NCBI RefSeq assembly: GCF_009914755.1
Contig: NC_060928.1
Reading direction: 5' to 3' (one strand)
Length of the DNA: 64,000 nt
Source: the human T2T-CHM13v2.0 reference genome, Homo sapiens
A model generated the notes under the pieces. It worked only from the letters and a program-made list of their open reading frames with translations. It was not told where the DNA came from and ran no database searches. Positions 1-13,304 of this stretch are shown piece by piece; position 1 is the first letter of the stretch, and every line of letters begins with the position of its first letter. The translations under genes were made by a program, and so were the position numbers.

Positions 1-18
1 TTATTATATACTAATAGT

Positions 19-52
<34 letters not shown>

Positions 53-56
53 ACTA
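1..56. repeat. (TTA/TAA)n AT-rich low-complexity tract in GIMD1 intron
   Basis: Runs of tta/taa read directly. Confidence 0.85.
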
Positions 57-59
57 TTA

Positions 60-542
<483 letters not shown>

Positions 543-1783
543 TTAGGCTTCTACATTCCCCCAATGTAAGTTTTCTTACCTGGCCTGGTTGCACTCCAAG
601 TACGATTTTAGATTTGTTTTCCCTTCATTCGTAGTGACTAAAGCATGGAGGAGGACTGCTCCACTAAAGTGGAGATCCCCCAGTGACAGAAGGGAATGTG
701 GAATAATTGTAGTTTACAATGAGAAGGGAGAGAGAAGTCAAATACAGATAAGGAAGGATTTAGGAAACAGAAAAAATCCCAAATTACATGAAGATCATAA
801 AAACCATGTTTAAGAGAAATATGTTAACTCATCAATGTGGTAGGTGAGTTGGTTTAGGAAAAGGTGTTGAAGTTCCTGAGCTCAGGGGCAAAGCTAGCAG
901 TAGTATTTAAAAGTTATTCACTATTGGAGAAGTAAGAATAGAACAGTAGAAGAAACAACCCTTCTTGCTTTCTAACAACATCCCCCATCTTCCCACTTCC
1001 CGACCCACTGCCTGAATACACAAGTGGTATCTGCAAAAAATCATCCTTCCTGATTTCCTGAATGCTTCTTTCCTATGAAATATGAATAATGTTAAAGAAG
1101 ACTTCTGTTTCTGCTTACCAAATTTTTTTTTTTACAACCAGGGAACATTGGTGAAAATACAAACTACTTGTAATTTCTGTTATAAAATAATTAATAAATC
1201 ATCTCTATGTTCCATTAGTGTAAGTGTTGGCTCTTTAATAAAGAAAGTAAAGCCTAACATATTGGGCAGCTCAGTTAGAAGGGGGGAGAATCTTGGGAGA
1301 ATCTATTCCATGTACAATACCTGTACAGTGGCCGATCCTTTGTACACTGCATGATCCCCCATAGCATTTTAAGGTCATTAATCATTTTCACTAGATTTAT
1401 AAGCAGAGTTACTTGCCAATTGCTAAAACTGCCCACGCTACCAATTCAGAAATAAAGACATTTTAATATTGCATATTTATTATTTTTGCCTAGATCTTGT
1501 AACTTTATTACACAGTTTTAAGTACCGCAGGTCCTTCTTGTCCTTTAATGCCCCTCACTCCATTATACCCACACGCTAACGTGAACACCTTGAAGGAGCT
1601 TCATACCTCCATAAAAAGACACTCATTTTGCGGGTCCCTCCAGTTCACACCAGCTCTCCCAGCTCATTCAGTGGTGTCAACTGCAGTGAGATGCAGTCAA
1701 TTTCTTTTTACTCCTAAATCAGGGTGTAATGTTTTTAGAAAATTAATTATTCAATCCCAATCCATTTGCTATATTTCGCTTAC

Positions 1784-1850
1784 CTTTTCCAGTCTTGAAA
1801 ATGCTTTCTCCACAAAGACGTCTCTCGCCCTGGCACAGTTGTTCTTTCAT
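1784..1850 (-). other. GIMD1: Probable non-coding first exon of GIMD1 (5' end undetermined, ~1850-1915)
   Basis: Strong donor AAG|GTAAGC at 1784/1783; the coding exon begins with a splice acceptor only 2 nt before the ATG so an upstream exon is required; promoter-like motifs lie immediately upstream. Confidence 0.6.
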
Positions 1851-1851
1851 A

Positions 1852-1992
1852 TGAACTTTCACCTTCTGATAGCGTTATTGTACCACTCTGGGACTGACAC
1901 CGTATGTATTTTATTTAGTTAATTTATTGCCAGACAGCCTCTTTATAAATGATTAGTTGTCTTCCCCTAATCAGCACTGACTTTTTTATGAC
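1852..1992 (-). promoter_or_regulatory. Candidate GIMD1 promoter with intestinal TF motifs
   Basis: TATAAAG (minus) 1941-1947; CDX-type TTTATTGC 1923-1930 and TTTATGAC 1985-1992; GATA TGATAG 1867-1872; HNF4-like TGAACTTT 1852-1859; HNF1-like ATAAATGATTAGT 1945-1957. Confidence 0.5.
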
Positions 1993-2719
1993 ACTTGACA
2001 GACTTGTAATTTTAATAGGTACAGAAATATTCTATTTTTAGTATTTTTTTATTTTGTGCATTTCTTATAAGTAACAACTTATTTATAGCATAAGGAAATG
2101 CAATATGGGTATTAAACAGAAATTAGACATTCTTTAGCAATGATTACAATTTTTTCATGATCTACAATTAGATCATGACTTCACATCAGTATTTAGTTCA
2201 TAATACTTTTCAAATTTTTAAAGATAATTCTTTTTGCTATATTCATATAATAAAAAGTATTATTTTATCCTAATTTATGAAACCACTGGAATGATTATAT
2301 CAGCACATGTAGCTTTCATATCAATTAATGATAGTATATTTAAGGAAAGGAGTAAAATTAACTATAACTTGAAGTCAAATACATTTTTTCTTAAAAACTT
2401 GAGTTTTATTTTCTTACTGAAAACTCAAATTTTATTTTTTCTACTTCTTAGTGTATTACCCATACTGATCCAAAATACTTTCTTGGTGCTTTTAGTAGTA
2501 TGGTTATAGTCTGATTCATCTTCTCTTGTATTTCTCAAAAAGTCGATGAAATATGTATTTCTGGGTGAAAGAAACTTGGAGACATCTGGAGTGCCTTATG
2601 ACTTCACGGGCAGAGAGTTAAAAAGTCTTCTTCCTGTGTAGCTGTGACAAGGAAGGCATGAACTGCCTTCCTTCATCTGATAAACACATTGGGCTTCTTG
2701 AATGAAGTGGAAAGAATCT

Positions 2720-2733
2720 CCCCCAGGTGGCAG
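2720..2733 (+). promoter_or_regulatory. CTCF-like motif
   Basis: CCCCCAGGTGGCAG matches CCASYAGRKGGCRS at 13/14 positions. Confidence 0.45.
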
Positions 2734-5494
2734 TAGCAGCCTGTTTCCTAAGAAGTGATTTTTGAGCCAGGATTTATTTTAATTTTTCTTCCTTAAACTG
2801 TAAACGGACATTCTTCAACCATCTACATAAACACATATTAATTGTGTTGGGGATTTTTTGAAGAAGAACAAAGCCAAACTTTCTTTCCTATGTTCCTTAT
2901 AGAACACAGCAAGCATAAGCTCTTAGTTTTTCAACCACCCCCCTGCCCGACTTCAAAGTTACAGTTTAAATCATTTGCTGAATGCAACAGCTGACTGTTA
3001 AAAAATAAAGTTCAGAATTCACGAGCATGATTATAAGTTCCAGTAAAATTGAAATTTTTTTGATAATTTTTCATAAGTCTAACGCAGGTTTTAGATTTGA
3101 GTCAATTTAGAGGTCTTATAGCAGAATAATTTATTATTAGATGATGTTGAAAGATTGATTTTTTTGAATCAAGGTGAAAGAACAATCTGAAAAATTACAT
3201 TTTCACCGACTTGGCTAAATATGATGTAGTAGGGATAAAAAATGTATTATCTTTTAACAGCTGGCTGCCAAATTTCTCTTAGGAAGGATACTGTCTGAGA
3301 AAATTGTTTAATTTAGCTACTTGAGGTAGAAAACGGGATCCTGAGAACAATAGCTAAACTCACAGAAAGTATTGTAACAGCCAATCTGCTGGCGAAGGGA
3401 AAAAGCCAAGAAAAGAGTAGAGAAGATCAGGGTATAAAAGGAGAGAGGGAGTGAGAGACATAAAATGAGGAAGTGAGAGAGAGATGCAGGGAGGGAAGGA
3501 AGGAACAGACAAGGAGAGAATGAAGAACTATGACATTATAGTAGGGCAGAAAGCTAGATCTCTCAGTTTTGTAAATGTAAAGGGCTAAGGAACTATTTTA
3601 AAGTCAGCCACATTTACAGTTTTCTTACATGAAGGTGGCTTTTTATTTTTGTTTTGTTTTTGGTTTTGCTTTGTATTTTATTTTATTTTGATGAAAATTA
3701 ATGGAAAAGTCTAAGTTATACTCCTGTGTTAGCACAGGACAGGCACCACAAAAGTTGGAGATTGTGGGATGACATCTGAATTAAAGTAATTTAGAAGAGG
3801 CAGGAAGTTAAAGCTAGAAGGACACTAGTCCCCAGGAACTTACAGAAATCATTAGGAGGACATTTAGACTTTCCACAGTTGATGAAATGAGATATTTTGG
3901 TGTAAAGGTGACTCTAGCTGACAAGCAACTATTGTATTTCAAATTTTATATATGTACACACACATACATACAAACATATGGGCATACATATATATTCACA
4001 TGCATATATTTATGCGTGTTTGTATATACAAGTGTATATATAATTTATAATTTACATGTCTGTATACTCAGGAAAATTGTGTCTCTACTCAAATGAGTTT
4101 TATTGCAAGTAGCTCTTGATATAGCAATTTGATTAAAATGTACTTTCACAGTTTTAGACAAGTTCCCATTTTCATTGGCTTGAATGGTTAATCCTTTGCT
4201 CTGAAGATATTTCTTTTCTTAATAAAGAAGACATTAAGAGTATTGACCAGATTTTGTGGTTAGGATGATCAAATGGCTTTAACCTTGGATAACACTTAAC
4301 CAAGTTGAGAGGAACACTGATAAGCCAGTTATGGTTGGTGCTGACTTGATTAACTCAGTCTGAGATAGTTTTAGAATAAGGCATCAGATCTTACTGTTGG
4401 ATGTTTTAGGACACTGGTCAGCAGTTTAAATTTGGTGGACAGATGGTCTTAATTTGAATGCAGTTTGAAGGTTCTTGAACCAATGAAGAATGGCCATGTC
4501 TGGACAGAAATATTTATGGGAATATAAATCTTCAGCCTAAGCTTGGTTGGTTGGTCTTTAGTGAGACTACCAGTCACATCCCCATGCAGGAATGTTCATG
4601 ATGTTTTTGTTTGGTTTTGTTCTTCTTGTTTGCTTGCTTGTTTGTTTTTCTTCTGAGTATTTTGGCATATAATTATTCAGATTATAAATATATACATTAT
4701 AAAAAGCATTTAAAAATACAGAAAAGAATATAGAAGAAAATAGAACCACTTTTAAATCTTAATTTCCTGGGGACCATAAGACAGTGTCTCTTTTTGGGGA
4801 TTGACACAACAGGTACATTTCTTTTTGCAATCTACCCATATACTCCCCCTATTTACTCCTTTTCTTTAACAATCACTGCTGAGAGGAATCACACAATTTT
4901 GATGAGAGGCATTAATAATGGGAGTATGTTTAGCTTGTGAACTGTGCGGAGGCAAAATACTTGTTGGCAATTACTTAATCAGGATATAATATTCTTTTGA
5001 GAGAGTACTGTATTTGTTTAATTTTCTAAGATCTATTTATAATTTTAGCAATGTTACCAATAGTGAGATGGATTGACAGCTTTTTCTTTTTATCCTATAT
5101 TTGTCAGATTTTCAGATCAGAAATATGCCAACCTTTTAAAATGAATTAGAAAAAATTTCTTCCTTTATGGTTCTCTGCAATAATTTAGATCCTTTGGCAA
5201 TTATAAATCCCTGAAAGGTTTGAAAAATCTTCCATGAAGACAGCTTAAGCTGAACAACTTTCTGGAACTGATTCTCAAACAACTTTAACAATTTCTGCCA
5301 TAGTAATTTGACATTTTTTGTGTCGATTTTGATGATTTATACTATAATAAACACATATCTGCCTTGCTCATGTTTATGATTTTAAAAATGTGTAATCATC
5401 TTCATTTCTGGTATTAGATTTCCTTTCTTGTTCTGAGGTGGCTAATATATTAGGTTTGGCTTTCTATATTTAATAAATTTTTTTTTCACTCTCT

Positions 5495-5519
5495 GTGTGT
5501 GTGTGTCTGTGTGTGTGTG
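5495..5519. repeat. (TG)n microsatellite, interrupted
   Basis: Read directly. Confidence 0.85.
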
Positions 5520-6753
5520 ACAATTTAATTTTGCACTTTTATAGTTTGAAAAGAATATCTATGAGCATAAGCTAGATGTATAATTTGGTGTCTTGAGGAT
5601 ATAAGAATTTGATTTATAATAACCAAACTTTTGTTCACCAACTCTGAGACAATTAAGTTGAAAACTGAGAGTCATACATACACTCGCATTATCATTTACA
5701 ATTATAATTAGTGATTAATCATACAAATATATGTCATTATTGAAGAAATGACTAAAACCTCAAGAGCAAGCAAAAAATCAATATCTTTCTAATACTGTAC
5801 TTACTAAAGGAAAATAATATGTTGAAGAAAAAATTTCAACAAAACAAATGTGCTTAATTCAGATTCTCAAAAAATTTGTCAAATGATCTCAAATCTCCCA
5901 AACCTTATTCTTGAAACACTTCTGCTAAATTCCATTACCCTGGTTTAGATTCTTTTTTATAAAAGATCATTTCTATTCACTCAAGAGAAATAGATGACAT
6001 GGTATAATATAGAATATCATAAAAGTATGTTCATATAAATTAATTTCATATGTCAAAGATTTTATGTTTTATTTTTCTTACCTAAGAAATAACATATATT
6101 CAACCCATATGGATAAATATTTTTTTTAGCCAAATGCACAGAGGCAGAGGGTCTCATAATCTTTAATAAAGCTATTAACTCCTCAGTCTCTGAGCCCAGA
6201 CAATAGACTGGCTCTAACTTCTTAGAGACTCACTTATCTTTTGCGCATGATTCAATTACAAACACTTCCGTGTTATAAATTCTAGTAATAACCAGGAAGC
6301 AATAGATACTTTCCTCATCATAATACAAAGTATCATAAATGCCGTAGACATGGTATTTAGAAATAATGGTCATGAATATCAGATGTAACACCCTATTTAT
6401 TTACACTTCATGTCACAAAGATCTCCTTTTATGGTAAATACTTTCTTTTTTTCTTTTTTTTTTCAAAGGAATTGACAATCTCAAGTCAAGGAAAATAGAT
6501 CCTACACTAAAAGAACTGTAAACTTGTTAGGATATGTAGTTTTTACTTTCCAAGGAGAAATAACCTTTTTATTTTCCTGGCAAAAGCTGTGGTATGGAGC
6601 TAACTTCCTAGATACTATCACCAGAATTGCTGATACCAAAATATCTGAAACATTGGAACCAATAAAAGAGACTGTCAATTCACCGTAGAAAGGTCAGAAA
6701 ATCCCCTAACTTCCTTGCTATCTTCCCATCCCATATTTAGGTTAGATAGAGAA

Positions 6754-6781
6754 GTGTGTATGTGTGTGTGTGTGTGTGTGT
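6754..6781. repeat. (TG)n microsatellite
   Basis: Read directly. Confidence 0.9.
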
Positions 6782-7349
6782 TGCTCGCACAGTGATGAAC
6801 TGTAAACATAAATGAAGATATGGAAAAATACATCAATTAGGACAACATGACAATTTCATTAGACTCCTATCAAAGAGTATCAGTTCACAGTTGGTATAGA
6901 TACTAGTATAAAATTCAGATCTTGACTGTTTTCTGGGGATAAAGCAAGGCTTTACAATTTAGCAGTCTTTAGCTAGCTTGAAACAGTAAAACAACAACAG
7001 CAGAGCCTTAAGTGTATTTTTGTGACCTAAAACATGAACTCAGGGTTTCCAAATTCCTAACAATGAATAGTGGGAGTGACTAAGATACTGAGAAAGTAAG
7101 AATCAAATAGGTGTTATATTTTGTAAATTTCTATGCAGTGCAGATTACCTAAGGACACACCATAGGAAAATAAGGTAGTTACCATGATGCAGAAAAGAAA
7201 ATGTCAGTTTTATGTTTGTATGTATGTGTGCATGCAATGCTATGTATGAATACTACATACCGTGAATACTGTAATAGAAAACTAAGATTTATGTTGCATG
7301 ACCATGTCCCTTGGCACTCTTATGGACCCTTTAATATACCATCTCACAC

Positions 7350-7450
7350 AGCTTTCTGCATTGGGTAGTGTTATTAACCCGATTTTAAAGGACACTGAGG
7401 CACAGAGTGGTTGATCTTGCAGTTGCTAAGTGGCAGAACTGGAGTTGCAT
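7350..7450 (-). mobile_element. MIR fragment
   Basis: ttattaacccgatttt...actgaggcacagag...taagtggcagaactgg resembles the antisense MIR core. Confidence 0.6.
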
Positions 7451-7902
7451 CCTTTTTTCCAGAGTGTAGTTGTTGATACACATCTGCTTAACCAGATACT
7501 GTTCTCGTTTCGGCTGTAGCACTTGGCCAGTACAGCAGAGTTATGTTCCAGGGTGTACAGAGGGGGAGAAGTCATACTGGAAAAAGAAAAGGGGACACAG
7601 AAGGTACAATTTATCAGGACTATGTATGTAAATGAGTACTTCATTTTTATGCCTCTTTTCTCCAAAATGTTTTGGGAAAACATCTAAAACATAAAATCAA
7701 GAAGTGATGGATTTTCTAAAAAAAAAAAAAAAGCTAAAGTTGCCCAAAGTTGAGGTTTAGCAATAACATGCTTTGCTTTTGTTTTATGCCCAATCTGATT
7801 GATTTGGGCTATATTCATCATATAGACTTCCAAAAAAAACCAGACAATAATAGCAATAATAGTATTAATAATAATAACAACTATACTTCATGGAGCAATT
7901 AC

Positions 7903-8195
7903 TTTTTCCTTTTTTGAGATGGAGTCTCACTCTGTTGCCCAGTCTGGAGTTAAATGGCATGATCTCCACTCACTGCAACCTCCGCCTTCCGAGTTCAAGC
8001 GATTTTCGTGCCTCAGCCTCCCAAGCAGCTGGGATAACAGGCATGGGGCACCATGTCCGGCTAGTTGTTGTATTTTTAGTAGAGACAGGATTTTGCCATG
8101 TTGGTCAGGCTGATCTCGAACTCCTGACCTCAGGTGATCCTCCCACCTCAGCCTCCCAAAGTGCTGGATTACAGGCATAAGCCATCACACCCAGC
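7903..8195 (-). mobile_element. AluS, inserted into a MIR
   Basis: gagatggagtctcactctgttgccc...ctcctgacctcaggtgatcc...cacccagc; MIR sequence on both sides. Confidence 0.93.
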
Positions 8196-8204
8196 TGATT
8201 GCCT

Positions 8205-8420
8205 TTTGAGGCAGGCATATGGTAAGTGCTTTATGTAATTTTTTTGGTGTAATCCTCATAACAAGTTTGTGTTGTAGACACAATTATAGTCATTTTCCAG
8301 ATGAGGAAACTGAGGCTCAGGATAAAGAAACTCCCCAAGTCACACAGCTCACAGCTCCGGGTTAGGATAGGACTCTAACCCAGATCCACTTCAATCTGGA
8401 TGCCATATGCTTATTCATTA
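8205..8420 (-). mobile_element. MIR
   Basis: cattttccagatgaggaaactgaggctcag...aagtcacacagct MIR core. Confidence 0.8.
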
Positions 8421-9232
8421 TACTATAAATTAGAGAAACCTGGAAGGACAAAATGTTATTTGAATTCCAAAAGTCTTTTGCTTATGTTCTATTTAATTCT
8501 CGTCATACCTCCAAACTATTAGGAATAACTACATCAGTAAAATCCTACACTGACCTGGTATTGTACCTCTGTGAGCATGGCTCCACACAGTACATCACAT
8601 CCTGCTTGTCTGCCAAGTCTCCAAAGAAATTAACAAGCATGATTTAAAAGTCAGAGGCAGAGCAGGAGAGAGTGGGTGGTAAGTTTTAAGAATGGTTGTC
8701 AGGTGCTCATCACATGAGCTAAGCACAAAAAAGACAAATGCTAAGATCCATACGTTGTGTGGTCTATTACAGATGAAGTCAGTAATCTAACACTGTGGTG
8801 GTAAATTTTGAAAAAGAGACGTATGATATTTACATAATTCCTAAAAGAGGTCTGGATAAGAGCCATTATCTGTGCCAAGCATGATTATATAAAATTGAAG
8901 TCATTTCTTTACAATATTGCTATAAAATTGCTGGGCTAAAAAACAAACTGTAGGCCCACAGTATCTGAAGACAATCATCTGAAACATATTGTTATAATCT
9001 CAGATGTGGTAGAAGAGTTGAATTTGGTCTTCTGGCCAATTTGGGAAAGTATAGAGGATATTACAAAATGGAATAAAAATCATTTATACATAGCCCAATA
9101 GTAAACTTAACTTGGCAAAGGAAATGGCAAGAAATAGACTGCATTCATAAATGGCAAAATAGCTTTATGGCCCAAGTTGGTCCTTTGTATATCACCTTTG
9201 TATGATATTAATTTTATTTTCAGTCTTGGGTT

Positions 9233-9296
<64 letters not shown>

Positions 9297-9386
9297 GTTT
9301 TATATATATACACACATATATGTTTTATATATATATATATACACACACACTCACACACACACACACACATATATATGTATATATAT
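9233..9386. repeat. Compound (TA)n/(CA)n microsatellite at the Alu tail
   Basis: Alternating TA and CA blocks directly abutting the Alu poly(T). Confidence 0.92.
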
Positions 9387-9660
9387 TTTTTTGGAGATGG
9401 CGTCTCGCTCTGTTGTCCAGGCTGGAGTGCAGTGGCGCGATCTTGGCCCACTGCAACCACCACTTCCCTGAATCAAGCAATTTCCCTGACTTCGCCTCAC
9501 CAGTAGCTGGGATTACAGGCACATGCCACCACACCAGGCTAATTTTTTTGTATTTTTAGTAGAGACGGAATTTCACCATGTTGGCCAGACTGATCTCGAA
9601 TCCGCCCACCTCAGCCTCCCAAAGTGCTGGGATTACAGGCGTGAGCCACCGTGCTTGGCC
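9387..9660 (-). mobile_element. AluS with a short internal deletion near 9600
   Basis: Full dimer; tctcgaa joined directly to tccgcccacc (B-box region segment missing). Confidence 0.92.
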
Positions 9661-9954
9661 AATATTTTAAGGGCTAAGCCAGTTATCAATTTCTAAATTC
9701 TGTGGTGTGCCCAAATTTACAATATAACAATAGGATAAAGAATAACATTTAGAGATGTTGTGCTAAATAAATACACAGATGACACCACAACCTCAAGTGA
9801 CAATAAGAGATCATATATTTACATAATATATATTTACAACATATAGTATAAAAGCATATATAAAAGTATGTATTTTCTCCTATGCTTGTTCCTTATGTGC
9901 ATTAAAGATAAATTAAATAAATGTCACTATTATTTAAGATAAAGATTATTTTTT

Positions 9955-10278
<324 letters not shown>

Positions 10279-11159
10279 TTACAAAAATGTATTTATTAAA
10301 ATTTATGCCAGCTCTGTAGATATTAAAGAAGATCTATAGCTTATTCAAGTCAGGCCCAAATAAAATTAATTAATAAATTTAAAACATTATTAGATGACTA
10401 CCATGTGTTGTGTACATCACTTGCTTTTCAGAATTCAAAGGTTTGATAAAATAATTATAATGCAATTAAAAATTTTCAGGATTTATTGGTGTATTTCTTT
10501 AAATCTCACATGTGTTTTATAATGCAGGAATTACCCAAAGAGTCAGAATTTGGATACACCATGGTTCAAGATCATTGTTATAAAATCAGAAGTCTCAATT
10601 GCTATTTCTTTTATTTATTATCACCTATAAGAAAAGTTATACTCACTCAAACAAATAATTGTTGAATGTGTATTTCTATGCCAAGGTATAATATTTAGAA
10701 ACAAAATAAGTAGAAAGAACTGGGTTAAAAATCAGGAAGTTATCCTAGCGTAGGTTACTTCTTTACAAAACAAGAAATGACACATTTTAGATGGTTGTTT
10801 TAAGGGCTAAGGCAAGTAATTTATACAAATATGTTCTATAAAATGTCTCACTGTAGCAGATATTTCATATACATCAGTTGGATTTAAATTAATCTTTACA
10901 ATAAGGTAGATTTTCAATCTGCATCCCATTCCAATCTATTTATTTGTATGTGTCTTTACTGACAGTGCTAAGAATTAAAGTAACTCCAACTGAGAGGAAT
11001 ACAAAGCATGGGTTAGTTTTTCTGTTTTGAGTTTACACATAGTGTATTTCCCCTATAATAACCTTCTGTAATGAGACACAATCATGATAGTTACTTTAAA
11101 TATATAGAGATATTTTAAAACTACTACAAACTACCAATATGAAATGGTTAAATTTTGTA

Positions 11160-11305
11160 TCTTTCCTCAGACTTATTTCCCTCTTCTGTAAAAGAGATTC
11201 AATGAAACCTTGCAGGACTAGTGGCATAATGCGTATAAATTAAATAAAATACTGTATGTAAAACAGTTTTCTGTAGTGCTTGACACATAGAAAGTACTTG
11301 GGAAT
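11160..11305 (+). mobile_element. MIR fragment
   Basis: tttccctcttctgtaaaa...tgtatgtaaaacag...gtgcttgacacatag. Confidence 0.6.
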
Positions 11306-11314
11306 ATCCAAGGT

Positions 11315-11950
11315 ATCCCAAATTGAAATTATTGGGTTTTGCTCAAACCTATTCTTCCTCTTGTTTTCTCTAGCTTGGTGAGTAACCCTCTTCAGTAGAA
11401 ACCTGGAAGTCATGTTTAATTATTCCCTTTCCCTAGACATAATTCATCCAACTGGTGAAGAAATCATTACTGATTTTTCCCTGTAAACATCTGTCACATG
11501 CATCTATCCCTCTTCTCCGGCCCCATTGCTACTGCCTTACTTTATGTTCTTCTGATTGTTTGCTTGAACATGAGGACTTAATTTCTGAAATGGCCTTTCT
11601 GCCTTCCTTATGGTCCTCCAATTCATTCTTCACACTGCTGCTAGAGAGACCTTTGTAGAGTCAAATACGATCATGTGTAAAAGTCTTCACAAGCTCACGT
11701 TTCTGTACAGTAATAGTCAAACTCCTTAGTTGTAGACTTTGCCCTCTCTCTCCACCACCTACTGTGTGTCATAGCTGTTAATGCTCTAGCTAAATCCCAA
11801 TTCCTGTTCTTCCCCAGTGTGGTCATCATGTTCCCCTTCACATCTCTACTCATGCCACTGTCTCCATCTAGAATGCCCTCTGTCTCCCACTCACACCTTA
11901 CCTGAACCCTTTTCTGCCTAGCAAATATCCATTCGTCTTTTAAGACTCAA
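11315..11950 (+). mobile_element. L2 (5' portion; resumes at ~15070)
   Basis: cctccaattcattcttcacactgctgctagag, ctagaatgccctc, ccattcgtcttttaagactca are L2 3'-region motifs. Confidence 0.7.
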
Positions 11951-12673
11951 AAATATTTATGGCATAAGGATAGGCATATAAAAATATGGGACAGAGCTGA
12001 CAGTCTAGAAATAAATTCTTATATTTAGGTTAAACTGATTTTCTACAGGATGCCAAGACAATTAGACAAGGGAAAGAATAGTCTTTCCAACAAATGGTGT
12101 TGGGACAACTGGATATTGCATGTAGAAAATGAAGATACGTTGTGTCTGAAAGGTCAGCTGTCAGACATAGCAGACAGCCAGGCTACAGTAGTGATTAAAC
12201 CCTCCACTAGTCCCTGGCTCATATCAGGAGTAGAGTGAATGTTGGCAAAATGAATCAAGGAGGCACTTACCTCCACGGGGATTTAGTATGCTCTTTGCCC
12301 GCAGCATGGGAAACCAGCTAACAAACTTCCACTGGCCTGCAGATTCCATCACTGTGACAGGTCCTACCTCACACAATATACAAAAATTAACTGAATGTGG
12401 TTCATAGACTTAAATGAAAGAGCTAAAACTATTTAACTCTTAGAAGAAAACATAGAAGTAAGCTGTTATTATTTTGGCTTATGCAATTGTTTTTATAGAT
12501 ATAACACTAAAAGTATAAGTGACATGGAAAAAATAGATAAATTGGACATTACAAAAATTAAAAACTTTCATGGTTTGAGGAACATCATTAAGAAAGTGAA
12601 ATATCAACCCACAGAATGGCAGAATGGGAGAAAACACTTGCAACTCATATACCTGATAAGAAACTTTAGAATA

Positions 12674-12972
12674 CAGTCACGTGCCATATAACAATGCTTT
12701 GGTCAGTGATAGACCAATATGAACATAGCTGCATAAGATTATAATTTCATATTTGTACCGTATCATTTCCATGTTTAGATACAAAAATATTTCTGTGTTA
12801 CAACTGACTATAGTATTCATTACAGTAAAATGCTGTACAGGTTTATAGTCTAGGAACAATAGGTTATACCACCTAGATTTGTGTAAGTACACTCTAATGT
12901 TCACACAATTACAAAATCACCTAACAACGCATTTCTCAGAATGTATCCTTGTCATTAAGTGGCACATAACTA
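12674..12972 (+). mobile_element. Tigger3a/MER7A-type (GOLEM) MITE
   Basis: cagtcacgtgccatataacaatg...cataagattataat...tttctcagaatgtatccttgtcattaagtggcacataacta; TA on both sides. Confidence 0.85.
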
Positions 12973-13304
12973 TACATAAGGAACTCTTACAACTTAATAA
13001 TAAAAATGCAACTGAATTGAACAATAGGCAAATAATTTGAATAGTTTTTTTCTCCAAAGATGTTATGCAAATGACCAATAAATACACTAAAAGATGCTTG
13101 AGATTGTTAATCATTAGAGAAATGCAAATCAAATCCAAAATGAGGTACCACTTCACATCAACCAAGATGGCTAAAATAAAAATAGAAAAGACAGACAGTA
13201 ACAACCATTATTGGGGATATGAAAGAATTGGAATCCTAATAATTGCTGGTGGTACAGCCACTTTGGCTATCAGTTTGGCAGTTTCTCAAAACTTTAAAGC
13301 TAGG

